A stretch of DNA of 64,000 nt from an uncultured delta proteobacterium (GTDB lineage Bacteria; Desulfobacterota; Binatia; Bin18): contig CAVTCR010000009.1 of the NCBI GenBank assembly GCA_963733195.1, forward strand, positions 33,979-97,978, in the 5' to 3' direction. Each line of letters starts with the position of its first letter. Positions within the stretch are counted from its first letter, which is position 1. Position numbers and translations under genes: made by a program. Positions 1 through 9,908 of this stretch are shown here, in pieces. The notes beneath the pieces are model-generated. The model saw only the letters and a program-made list of their open reading frames with translations, was not told the origin of the DNA and searched no databases.

Positions 1-171
1 CGGTACACTGGAGACCAATCCCACAGCATCCCCCCAGTCGACCGGCGTCCCCGGCGCTGTCGATACGTACCCGCAGACCTGGCCCCGACAACTCGTCGAG
101 CCGTTCATCCGGAGAACCGAGCACGAGAAAGAAACGTACAAAGCCGCAGCATAGGGGATGCCGTTCTTTTG

Positions 172-312
172 TATTGGGTCATTTGTTCATTGGGTCATTG
201 ATTCATTTTCTGATTGGGCCATTTGTTCATTGAGACAATGGTCCAATGATGCAATCTGTCAATTCTGCAATGATCCAATCCTTCATATGGTTCAATGGCT
301 CAATTCTTCAAT
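172..312. repeat. Degenerate 16-bp tandem repeat array, about 9 units (ATTGGGTCATTTGTTC-like); overlaps the last codons and 3' flank of the decayed cyclase gene
   Basis: Consecutive units start at 172, 188, 212, 228, 244, 260, 276 and 293, with a half unit at 204. Each carries a CAATG/CATTG or GAATTG-type core. On the reverse strand the units read GAAGAATTGAGCCATT. Confidence 0.6.
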
Positions 313-3300
313 CAGCGCCTTGGCCTCTTGCAAATCCTTCGTGTCAAACCCTTCCGTGAACCAGTTATAGACATCGGATAACATATTGTGTGCTTCGGCT
401 CTCTTCCCTTGTTGCCGCCACAGCTCCACGAGGCTCACCGTGGCGCGGAGTTCCAGTGACTTGGCTTGTTGCTTTCTGGCGATCTCAATGGCTTTCAGGA
501 AGCACGCTTCGGCTTCCTCGAACGTGCATGGTGGGCGAGGGGTGAAGGGCCGAGGGGTTCGGTAGCTGTCAATTGTGAACGTCATGATTTTGCATAACTG
601 CGTTCATCTGTAGAATGAGTTCGCCCTTGAGTCGATATAGCTCGGCTTCGTACAACGTTCTCCATGTCTTCATCTACACTGGCCAGTGCCTCGGCCAACA
701 AGAGTCAGTCCTTCCTCGATTCGCCCTGTTTTCCGTATACCTCAGCAAGCAATGGCAAGAAAATACGGACTTACTCAGTTTTCTGATGCCTGTCGCTCTA
801 ACAGTCAGCCAAACCCTGGTGCATCTGCGCAATCCCCTCATCTGTTTGTCCTTGCTCAGCGAGCGCCCAGCCCTGATGGATGGTCCCAGACGCCAAGCAA
901 AAAGAGAAACCCGTGCTCGGTCGAAAGACAATCGACCGCTTCCGCTCGCTCCTGCATCTGCTTTCTCTTCTCGACGAAATTGGTGGAACTACGCAGCAAC
1001 GCTTAACGTCGCGGCGAGGCTGTAAGGGTAGCGAAGCGTCCTGCGTTAAGGTAAGGCATGCATGGTTTTCTGTGAGCGCTTGGTCGGAAAGCCAAGAAGC
1101 CAGAGTGCCCAAGCCTACACAGATCAGACTAACCACTCCAGGGTGCTTCCCCGTAGAGAAAGGTCAGGGAGCGGTGCTGCTGGGGATTATGGAGGGCAAT
1201 ACCTTGCTCTAGGTGTTCTCGCGCTTGAGGCCACGTCTGCCAAGCCACAATGAACTAAGGTGTCCCCTAACGTCGGTGGGCCTCCATGAAGAGGATGTGG
1301 GTCTTGCGCCATTCCGGGCTAAGTTGTAGGAACTGTTCCCCCAGCTCTAGGCTGCCTTCTGTAACTCCGCCCGCACAAGATGAAAGCCCACAGTCCATAC
1401 AGCACAGGGAAGAGCTGGGGAGTTTCGCCCACGTGGCGGCACAGCTCGAGCGCCCGGGCGTAGACTTTTTCCACTTCTTGGGCAGCGTAGCCCTTCACCG
1501 CACCCAGGGGTATGCCCAGGGCAATTTGCAGTGCGAGTTCTCGCTGCGCGCGCTCAGGTGTCTCCGCCAGGGTCTTGAGCAACTCCAGCGCTGTAGTCAA
1601 GTGAGTGTGATGGCCTCTGCGTGCGCCGACCGCTGCACCGCCTGTTGTCCCGCCAGGCCGAGATACTCCACTGCCTTCTTGGTGTTACCGCTGCGCCTGT
1701 AGTGATGGGCCAGATCACTGTAGTGGTCTTCTAACCTCTCGTGATAGAGCGCCTCGATCGCTTGCCCGGTCTGCTCGTGCAAGGCTTTGCGTCGCTCCTG
1801 GAGAACAGAGTTGTACGCCACTTCCTGAGTGAGGGCATGCTTGAAAATATACTCAACCTCTGGAAACGCGGGCTGCTCGTAGAGAAACTCTTTGTGCTGG
1901 AGCGAGGCCAGAAGCCGATAGAGTCGTCTTCGGGCTGAGCGATGACTTGGCGGACAGGCTGAGCGGGAACTCCCGACCGATCACCCCGAGTTGTTGGAGT
2001 AGCGCTTTCTCTTCTGGGGCGAGACGGTCGATACGCGCGGCCAGGACACCTTGGACGGTGGGGGGAATGTGAATTGCCGTAGGGGCAGGGCTCGCCCTGC
2101 CCACGGAGGGCGACGCAAGCGTCGCCCCTATATCGGTTCGGACCAACACGCCTTGTTCAACCAAATCCTGGACAATCTCTTCCATGAAAAACGGCGTACC
2201 TTCGGTCTTCTCTAGAATCAGTTGTTTGAGGGTGTGTAGGGGCGCACCTATGTGTGCGCCCGGTCTCTCTGGGCCGGCACGTCAGGTCGGCCCCTACGGA
2301 AACACCTAACAATGCATCCAGGAATTCTTCAGCCTCGGCTCTGCCAAACGGTGCTAACCGCAGCTGCGTGTAATACGTCTTCTGCCCCCACTCATGCCGA
2401 TACTCTGGACGATAATTCACCAGCAGAAGAATCTTGGCTGAGGCAATTCCTTCACTCAGAGTATCGAGAAATCCTTGCGTCTCGCTATCAATCCAATGCA
2501 GGTCTTCAAAGATGAGGAGCAGTGGCTGATTAAGACTCTCGCGTAAGAACAACTTCTTGATCGCGTCGAACGTGCGACGGCGGCGAATCTGCGCATCCAT
2601 CTGCTGGAGATTCGACTGGTGCTCGTCGATACCCAGCAGTGAGAATAGATATGGCAAAGTCTCTTCCAAGCTGCGATCAAGCATGAGCACTTTGCCGCCG
2701 ACCTTCTCCCGTCGCGTGCGTTCATCGTCTTGGGGTTGAAGCTGGAAATAACTCTTGAGCAGTTCAATCACTGGTAGATAGGGCGAGGCTTTGCCATGCG
2801 AGATCGAGTAGGCTTCAAGCACTAAGCAACCGCTTTGCGAGGTCTGTTTGAACTCGTAGAAAAGACGGGATTTCCCGAGTCCGGGTTCACCCATAACGCC
2901 TATAATCTGCCCATGCCCGGCTTTGGCTTGCATCAGCGCGTGCTGCATCTGGGCCATCTCACTCTGCCGTCCGACGAATCGTGTCAATCCACGCCGTGCT
3001 GCGACTTGTAACCGCGTGCGTAACGGGCCCGCGCCGAGCACTTCATAGACGTTCAGCAGCTCTTCGACGCCTTTGATCTGCGCGGCTCCGAGCGTCTTCA
3101 ATTCAAAGTAGCCTTCCACTAATCGTCGTGTGTAATCAGTAATTAGGATCGAGCCCGGTGTCGCCATCTGCTCCATGCGTGCCGCTAAGTTCGTCGAGTG
3201 CCCAACCGGGACATAATCGGTATGTAGATCATCTTTACGAATCGAGCGCACGACGACTTCGCCGGTATTAATTCCTACGCGCATTTGTAGAGGAGTCCCA

Positions 3301-3865
3301 CCCTTCAAGCGTGACTGGTCACTATACCGTCGCATTTCCTCCTGCATGCGGAGGGCAGCATAGAGCGCGCGTTGGGGATGATCTTCATGAGCAATCGGCG
3401 CACCAAACAGAGCAAAGATGCCATCACCTAACGCTTGTGCAACGTAGCCTTCATAGCGATGGACGGCATCCATCATCAGCTGCAAGGCGGGATCAATAAT
3501 CGCGCGTGCTTCTTCTGGGTCGAGGCCTTCAATCAACGCCGTCGAGCCCTTGAGATCGGCAAAAAGAGCCGTGATGGTTTTGCGTTCACCATCCGACACG
3601 GACACCGCACGGATGCGGTCCGCCAGATGAGCGGGAGTGTAGGCTGCTGGGGGTGGGGAACTGACAATGTTGGGGGCTGGGTACTAGGTGCTAGGGGTAG
3701 GGACTGAGAACTGACAACTAGCGAAGCACCACACTCGGCGCAAAACTTCGCCGTGGGACTGACCGAAGAGCCACATTGAGAACAAACTGTGATCAGTTTC
3801 GTTCCACACTCTTCGCAGAACTTGGCGGTATCACTGTTCGGGTGACTGCACTGCGGACAACCCAT
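292..3865 (-). pseudogene. Adenylate/guanylate cyclase (class III CHD) - AAA ATPase - TPR signalling protein with an N-terminal double zinc ribbon; decayed by at least 6 frameshifts
   Basis: The ORF pieces line up in gene order on the minus strand. 3533..3865 is a double zinc ribbon (CPQCSHPN...CEECG, CSQCG...CAECG). 2157..3605 holds the CHD cyclase domain (FADLKGSTAL...GINTGEVVV) plus a Walker-A AAA segment (GEPGLGKSRL). 1853..2185, 1597..1821, 1319..1600, about 830..900 and 292..585 are TPR/C-terminal pieces (...LYNWFTEGFDTKDLQEAKALIEEL*). Confidence 0.7.
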
Positions 3866-3924
3866 GCCTTCCTCCTTGGGTCCTGGCGATAAGGCTTCTA
3901 AGACAAACTGAAATCTTAAGCGGC

Positions 3925-5143
3925 TCAGTACTTTTTCTCCACCAATACTCCTTCCGTGCGCAACCGTTGCACTTCTTCAGATGTCTTTTTCAAATAGGTC
4001 GTCAGCACTTCATGGTTGTGCTGACCAAGCAAAGGTGCAGTCAGCGGTAATTCCTCAGGGAAGTCCGAGAACTTGAGCGGAAATCCAGGAACGTCCACAT
4101 CACCACCGTAGGTTGCATCTTGGATAGTGCGAACCGTTCCACGGGCACGTAGGTGTGGATGGTCAAGGGTTTCTGCGACTGACAGCACTGGTGCAACCGG
4201 TACCTCGAATCGCTCCATATGAGAGACGGCGCTGGTAACATCAGGAAACGTGTGTAACCAATCTTCGATGATTGTCACTACCTCATCTCGTCTTTCCAGC
4301 CGTGCAGGATCAGTACTATAGCGTGGGTCTTCGATGAGATCCGGTCGTTCCATCGCTCGACAAAGATCCGGCCAGTGGTGGAAAAACCCCATAATTACTA
4401 CGTGCCCCCCCGTGGCACGAAACACGCCACCAGGACAAAGATAAGTCATGTGACGACCAACTCGCGTGGGCTTAACTTTCCCGCCGCTTGCTCTGACTTG
4501 GTGGACGTTGATTTCATGGAAGTGGTAGTACACATCGAGTAGAGCAACATCGAGATGCTGTCCCCGTCCGGTACGGTCGCGATGACGCAGAGCAGCAAGC
4601 ACAGCGAGTGCACCATGCACGCCAGTATTCACGTCCCCTAATCCCACCAAGGGAATGTAGGGTGGTTCGTCTTCGTCACCAATCATCGAAGTTACTCCGG
4701 CGTACGCCTGGGCAATGTAGTCGTAGCCTGGTTTGTGAGCGAGTGGACCCGTCTGCCCTAGTGCAGAGATCGAACACAAGATGACATCCGACTTAAGTTC
4801 TCGCAATCGTTCATAACCCAAGCCCATGTCTGCCATGATCTCCAGGTTTGAAGTTCTCGACCACCACATCAACATGCGGGATCAGTGAAGTTACCAATGC
4901 CATGCCACGAGGATCACGTAAATTGACGCACAAGCTCTTTTTCCCGCGATTGTGTTGGACGAAAAACAAGCTGCGTTTGTTGTAGACCGACGCAGCCCGG
5001 CTCATGTCTCCCTTCGGAGCCGGTTCAACTTTGATCACTTCCGCCCCCATCTCTGCCAGCATGCGTGTACATGTCGGCCCAGCTAGGGCACGAGTGAAAT
5101 CGAGGACCCGTAAGCCAGTGAGGACATGGTCAGTCTGCGGCAT
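3925..5143 (-). pseudogene. CoA-transferase family III (CaiB/BaiF-like) paralog; one frameshift near 4850 joins ORFs 4811..5143 and 3925..4875
   Basis: The N-terminus MPQTDHVLTGLRVLDFTRALAGPTCTRMLAEMGAEV and the remainder are co-linear with the intact neighbouring paralog. A dinucleotide appears to be missing at ..KPG|IMADMGLGYE. The RBS GGAGGA sits before the ATG. Confidence 0.75.
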
Positions 5144-5195
5144 GGGATTATTCCTCCGGTGTCATTGTTGAATCTTAGGTTTTAGGTTCACTGTT

Positions 5196-5348
5196 GGGGT
5201 AAATAGGGAAAAGGGGGAAGGGGATAGAAGGATAAGGGGAAAAGGATAAAGGATGAAATGGAACAAGAAAAGAGAACGTCCTCACGTTTTTCTGCCTTTA
5301 TCCCTTATCTATCCCGTTTTCCCCTTTCCCCTTTTCGCCTTTTACCCG
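5196..5348. repeat. Purine-rich/pyrimidine-rich imperfect palindrome (family 1, copy 1), 47-150 nt upstream of the CoA-transferase start at 5143
   Basis: The left arm GGGGTAAATAGGGAAAAGGGGGAAGGGGATAGAAGGATAAGGGGAAAAGGATAAAGG pairs with the right arm CCTTTATCCCTTATCTATCCCGTTTTCCCCTTTCCCC around a roughly 40 nt spacer. Confidence 0.6.
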
Positions 5349-5355
5349 CGAAGTC

Positions 5356-6573
5356 TCATATCTCTTTCTCAATCAGCACCCCCGCTTCTCTTAGTTTATG
5401 CACTTCTTGTGATGATCGGCCAAGGTAGGAGGTGAGAATCTCCCCATTGTGCTGACCGAGAGTTGCAGCTTCCAGTGGCAGATCTTTGGGGAAACGCGAA
5501 AATTTCAATGGCATGCCAGGCATCTCGAAATCGCCAGCCAGCCGATCATGCACCGTGCGGACAGTGCCGCGTGCGCGGTGATGCGGATGCTGTACTGTCT
5601 CTGCGACCGATAACACCGGGGCAACCGGTACCTGGTGCTTCTCTAGATGCGTAATTACGCTGGGAACGTCAGGAAACGTTTGTAACCAGTCTTCGATAAT
5701 CTTCACCACTTCTGCACGACGTTGTAGGCGGGCAGGGTCGGTGTTGAAGTTTGGGTCCTCGATGAGATCGAGCCGTCCCATCGCCTGACAGAGATCTTTC
5801 CAGTGATGGAGAAACGACATGATGACTAGATATCCGCCAGTGCCGCGAAAAATACCACCTGGGCAGACATACGTCATGTGACGTCCGGCACGGGTCGGTT
5901 TCACCGTGCCACCACTGCCACTGTACGTGTGCACGTTCACTTCATGGTAGTGGTAGTAGACATCAAGCAGAGCAATATCCAAGTGTTGCCCTTCGCCAGT
6001 CCGATCGCGATACCGCAGTGCAGAGACAATGGCTAGAGCAGCGTGTACGCCGGTACTGACATCACCTACGCCAACTAAAGGCAGATATGGTGCGTCGTCA
6101 GGGTCGCCGATCATCGAGGTCACGCCCGCATATGCCTGCGCGATGTAATCGTACCCAGGTTTACTCGCTAGCGGACCACTTTGCCCTAGCGCAGAAATGG
6201 AACACAAGACAATATCTTTTTTCATCTCGCGCAGACGTTCATACCCAAGTCCCATCTCAGCAATCACTCCGGGTTTGAAATTCTCGACCACGACATCCAC
6301 ATGCGGGATCAGTTCGGCGATCAGTGCGAGCGCACGTGGATCGCGCAAATTCACGCACATACTTTTCTTGCCGAGATTTTGCTGGATGTAATAGAGGCTG
6401 CGGTTGTTGCGATAATTCGACAAGCGTCGTGCTAACTCACCTGCGGGTCCTGGTTCAACTTTAATCACTTCGGCGCCCATTTCGGCGAGCATCCGCGTGC
6501 AGCTTGGTCCGGCCAGCGCACGAGTTAAGTCGAGGACGCGCAGGTCACTCAGTACATGATCCATCTTCGGCAT
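5356..6573 (-). CDS. CoA-transferase family III (CaiB/BaiF family), intact
   Basis: 405-aa ORF with the conserved N-terminus (LRVLDLTRALAGPSCTRMLAEMGAEVIKVEP) and the family-III fold throughout. The RBS GGAGGAATAA sits before the ATG. Confidence 0.85.
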   Translation of the reverse strand: MPKMDHVLSDLRVLDLTRALAGPSCTRMLAEMGAEVIKVEPGPAGELARRLSNYRNNRSLYYIQQNLGKKSMCVNLRDPRALALIAELIPHVDVVVENFKPGVIAEMGLGYERLREMKKDIVLCSISALGQSGPLASKPGYDYIAQAYAGVTSMIGDPDDAPYLPLVGVGDVSTGVHAALAIVSALRYRDRTGEGQHLDIALLDVYYHYHEVNVHTYSGSGGTVKPTRAGRHMTYVCPGGIFRGTGGYLVIMSFLHHWKDLCQAMGRLDLIEDPNFNTDPARLQRRAEVVKIIEDWLQTFPDVPSVITHLEKHQVPVAPVLSVAETVQHPHHRARGTVRTVHDRLAGDFEMPGMPLKFSRFPKDLPLEAATLGQHNGEILTSYLGRSSQEVHKLREAGVLIEKEI

Positions 6574-6623
6574 GTGGTTATTCCTCCGATACAGTGTTCA
6601 GAGCTTAATTCTCAGGTCCACGT

Positions 6624-6721
6624 GGGGTAAATGGGAAAAAGGAGAAACGGGTAAACGGTGAAGAGGGGAAATTACTCTTTCTCTCCCTATTTCGCCATTT
6701 CACCTTTTACACCTCTTTCCC
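6624..6721. repeat. Family 1 purine/pyrimidine palindrome, copy 2, 50-150 nt upstream of the CoA-transferase start at 6573
   Basis: GGGGTAAATGGGAAAAAGGAGAAACGGGTAAACGGTGAAGAGGGG pairs with CTCTTTCTCTCCCTATTTCGCCATTTCACCTTTTACACC. It shares GGGGTAAAT(A/G)GGGAAAA and CGGTGAA with copies 1 and 3. Confidence 0.55.
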
Positions 6722-6730
6722 TTGTTCCAG

Positions 6731-7509
6731 TTAGTCCCACATCAATCCGCCATCGACGTTAAATGACTGGCCAGTGATGTTGCGTGCTTCATCGGAAGCT
6801 AAGAACGCCGCCATATTCGCAATGTCGTCACCGTGTTCGAGCGTCTTAAAGGAATTGAAGCATCCATGCGGGCCATGGCCTCGGCTTCCGTAATTTTCTC
6901 GCGCTCGACAATTTCTTTCATTATCCGATCGTACAGTTCCGTACGGGTCGCACCAGGATTGATGGCATTGACATTGATGTTGTATTTCGCAAGTTGTGAG
7001 GCGCCGATGCGGGTCATGGCGATGACCGCACCTTTCGAGCCAGCGTAGGAAATATTCGAGGTGCCACGAAATCCTTTGCCAGCGATCGACGCGATATTGA
7101 TGATCTTCCCCTCTTTGCGTTTGACCATCTCGCGCGCAACTGCCTGCATGCAGAAAAACACGCCCTTAGCGTTGACCGTGTGAATCCAGTCCCAATCTTT
7201 TTCCGTAACCTCGAAGAAATCGAGCTTCCTGGTCACGCCGGCGTTGTTCATGAGGATGTCGATGCGACCAAATGTCTCGATGGTTTTCGCGACCATCGCA
7301 TTGATGTCGCTCAGTTTGCTCATGTCCGTTTTCACGAATAGGCCACGACGGTCATGAGCACTGACTTCAGCAGCGATCTGGTTTCCGGTAGCGTCATTGA
7401 TTTCGGCACACACGACGTGTGCACCTTCTCTCGCGTACCGCAGGGCGATGGCTTTCCCCATACCTGCACCAGATCCAGTGACGATAGCAATTTTGTCTTT
7501 GAGTAACAT
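6731..7509 (-). CDS. SDR-family short-chain dehydrogenase/reductase, with a C-terminal frameshift near 6830
   Basis: TGSGAGMGKAIA glycine-rich NAD(P)-binding motif and an NNAG motif. ORF 6799..7509 ends in out-of-frame residues. The true C-terminus (...GQSFNVDGGLMWD*) reads in another frame and stops at 6731. Confidence 0.75.
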
Positions 7510-7529
7510 GATTCCCTCCTTATTCCGAA

Positions 7530-7620
7530 CCTCTGGTTCGTTAAAAGGGGTCGGGGGCCAGGGATCGGGGGCCAGTATTTTCGGAAGCGTCTTTGCTTCC
7601 TTTTTTTGCCGACCCCCGAC
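7530..7620. terminator. GC-rich inverted-repeat region between the LLM oxidoreductase stop and the SDR start; probable terminator/promoter segment
   Basis: GGTCGGGGGCCAGGGATCGGGGGCC...GCCGACCCCCGACC inverted repeats flank a GGAAGC-N6-GCTTCC hairpin and a T7 run. Confidence 0.35.
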
Positions 7621-7622
7621 CT

Positions 7623-8693
7623 CTAACCCCTGGTCCCTGTGTTCTTGAATTCCGGCATCACTTCCTGTGCAAATAATTCGATGCTACGCCGTGCCCGCTG
7701 TGGGTCACGTGCGCCAGCGTGGAAGTAAAAAGCAACTTGATCAAGACCTAACTCACGGTCGATTTCAGCCAGGCGGCGGCGACAGTCGGCTGGAGTGCCG
7801 ACGATCGCTCGTTCTTCGAGTTCGTCGGGCATTGTGAGCACAAAGTTGAGAAAAGATTTCAGGGGGTCAGCCTCCCGCAGTGCTTCCATCGCTGCTGCCG
7901 GAACGAATGAGGTAATAAGCTGGGTGTAATTGCGTGTCGTTTCGATCCCGTCACGCATGGCGACTTGATAGTCAGGGTCAATAAAGAGAAAAAAGATCGC
8001 AGTCATCCGCGTTGGCGCGTGTCCATGTTGCTTCACGAGAGTGCGGTACCGTTCAACCCGCTTCTTCATGTCTGGAATTGGCGCACTGAGCCAGGGAACG
8101 ACAAACGCGTGGTCTCCAGCAATGGCTGCGCCTTCAAACGATTCTGGGCTCAGGGTGCCACGGTAGATTGGTGGATGTGGCTTCTGCAGTGGTTTAGGCG
8201 CAAGTGAGAGGGACGGAACCTGCCAGAACTTTCCTTCGTAGGAGAAGGTGTCTTGAGTCCAGGCTTGACGAATAATTTCCAGCGATTCTTCATAGCGCGC
8301 GCGACTTTCGTGCGGATCGACACGGAAACCCTCAAAGTGCTTGGGAATAATGCCGCGACCGACACCGAAGTTGAGTCGCCCATCACTTAATATATCGAGC
8401 ATGGCGAAATCTTCAGCTTTACGCAGGGGATTCTCGAACGGCAAGAGGCTGATGGCGGTGCCAAGGCGAAGGCGTGAAGTTTCACGCGCAACCGCGGTGA
8501 GAAACAATTGTGGACTCGGACAAATTCCGAACGAGTAGAAATGCTCTTCTCCGAGCCAGACGGAATCGTACCCAAGTTTTTCGGATAAGAGGATAAGGTC
8601 AAGCGTATTGCGGTAATACGCAACTTCGTCTTGCCGATCACGGAAGAAATCAAACAGTGAGAATAAGCCAAATTCCACAAAAAGCTCCTTCAA
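7623..8693 (-). CDS. LLM-class (luciferase-like) flavin/F420-dependent oxidoreductase
   Basis: 356-aa ORF with a typical LLM N-terminus (FGLFSLFDFF...LGYDSVWLGEEHF) and core (LNFGVGRG). Confidence 0.8.
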   Translation of the reverse strand: MKELFVEFGLFSLFDFFRDRQDEVAYYRNTLDLILLSEKLGYDSVWLGEEHFYSFGICPSPQLFLTAVARETSRLRLGTAISLLPFENPLRKAEDFAMLDILSDGRLNFGVGRGIIPKHFEGFRVDPHESRARYEESLEIIRQAWTQDTFSYEGKFWQVPSLSLAPKPLQKPHPPIYRGTLSPESFEGAAIAGDHAFVVPWLSAPIPDMKKRVERYRTLVKQHGHAPTRMTAIFFLFIDPDYQVAMRDGIETTRNYTQLITSFVPAAAMEALREADPLKSFLNFVLTMPDELEERAIVGTPADCRRRLAEIDRELGLDQVAFYFHAGARDPQRARRSIELFAQEVMPEFKNTGTRG

Positions 8694-8773
8694 AACGAGT
8701 AGTCAGTAGTCAGCATTCAGTAGTCAGTAGTTTTTGACTCTAACCCAGACTTCAAGAGATCGGCACACCTAGA

Positions 8774-8946
8774 GTTGTCACTCTGAACCCTTCGATAGGC
8801 TCACCTGTGCCTGCGGCACTGGCGCAGGCAGGATAAACTCCGTGAAGAGTCTCCCAGAGAGATTCTTCGCAGCCTGTCTAGCGTAACTAATGAACTCAGA
8901 ATGACATGTAGAGTGGTTGCATCGTAAAGTGTACCAACGTCATGAC
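8774..8946. repeat. Mosaic palindromic intergenic repeat, family 2, copy A
   Basis: Contains the core GCTCACCTGTGCCTGCGGCACTGGCGCAGGCAGGA, the module TCTCCCAGAGAGATTCTTCGCAG and the terminal CTCAGAATGACA...GTAAAGTGTACCAACGTCATGAC. It is near-identical in blocks to the copies at 36282..36445 and 42282..42446 (the latter reverse complemented). Confidence 0.7.
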
Positions 8947-8974
8947 TTCTGGTTTAGACGCTAGACCCTGGACC

Positions 8975-9856
8975 CTAGACATTTTTCAACGTTTGCTCAA
9001 ACACATCCAGACTCAGCCGTACAACTGTATCAAAGCCTTGCGTATAGGTTTCATAATGTGAAATCCCAGGCAGAATGTGGAGCTGCTTTGGTTCACGCGC
9101 TTTCTCATAGAGGCTGACGCATTCCTCAAACCCAGTGAGATAATCCAACTCTGCCCCAATGATGAGAAGTGGGCGTGGAGCAATTTGCGCGACTACCGCT
9201 TCCGGCTTGTAAGACATCATGTCGTCCGCGGTTTCGAGTGGTAATTCACTTTTTAGGGAAGCAATCTGTCCGCCGCCGCTGTACACCTTTTCCTCTGCGG
9301 GCGTAGGAATAAGAATCTCATAGGCATCGACGTATTCTGACGTACCAGTGAGAACGCGACGTTCACGATCTTTCTCGATCCGTTTGCGCAACGCCCAATA
9401 CTCCCAGAGTCGGCGGCTATTGCGCATCCAGCGATCGCCATCACCAAAGCCCACCACACTCACGATGGCTTTGGTGCGTGGGTCAGCAGCACCGGTGGAA
9501 ATAACATTTGCTCCGCCGTAGCTAATACCAAAGAGGGCGATGCGGTTAGCGTCAATTTCCGGCTGCATGCCGAGAAACGTTGTAGCATTGATGATGTCTT
9601 CATCTCGTTCGCGAGAAATCAAGCGTTGCTTTACTCCCTCGCTCTCACCGAAACCGCGGTAGTCAAAGACAAACGCAGCATAGCCTTGCTTGACAAAAGC
9701 GCGAGCAAATTCTGGCAGGATGACTTTACGGTTCGCACGCAATCCATGACAACACAGCACCGTGGGGAGTTTCTCTCCAGGGCGAAGATTGTCCGGTATG
9801 TAAAAGGTGCCAAAGAGTTTGAAACCCGCGCTGTAAAAAGTAACGTCCTTTTCCAT
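8975..9856 (-). CDS. alpha/beta hydrolase (dienelactone-hydrolase/esterase-like)
   Basis: 293-aa ORF with the nucleophile elbow GISYGG and HG (CCHGLRAN) motifs. Confidence 0.75.
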   Translation of the reverse strand: MEKDVTFYSAGFKLFGTFYIPDNLRPGEKLPTVLCCHGLRANRKVILPEFARAFVKQGYAAFVFDYRGFGESEGVKQRLISRERDEDIINATTFLGMQPEIDANRIALFGISYGGANVISTGAADPRTKAIVSVVGFGDGDRWMRNSRRLWEYWALRKRIEKDRERRVLTGTSEYVDAYEILIPTPAEEKVYSGGGQIASLKSELPLETADDMMSYKPEAVVAQIAPRPLLIIGAELDYLTGFEECVSLYEKAREPKQLHILPGISHYETYTQGFDTVVRLSLDVFEQTLKNV

Positions 9857-9908
9857 AGAACACCCTCCTTTGGGTGATACCGATTATTCTTTCAGGTCGC
9901 GGTCAATG

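Noticed and set aside
615-1253. ORFs 615..1025, 686..1006, 880..1212 and 1062..1253 (+) between cyclase fragments
   Set aside because: They lie inside the span of the decayed minus-strand cyclase gene. Minus-strand TPR pieces (for example GTIHQGWALAEQGQTDEGIAQMHQGLA at about 830..900) read through here. The translations have no domain character.
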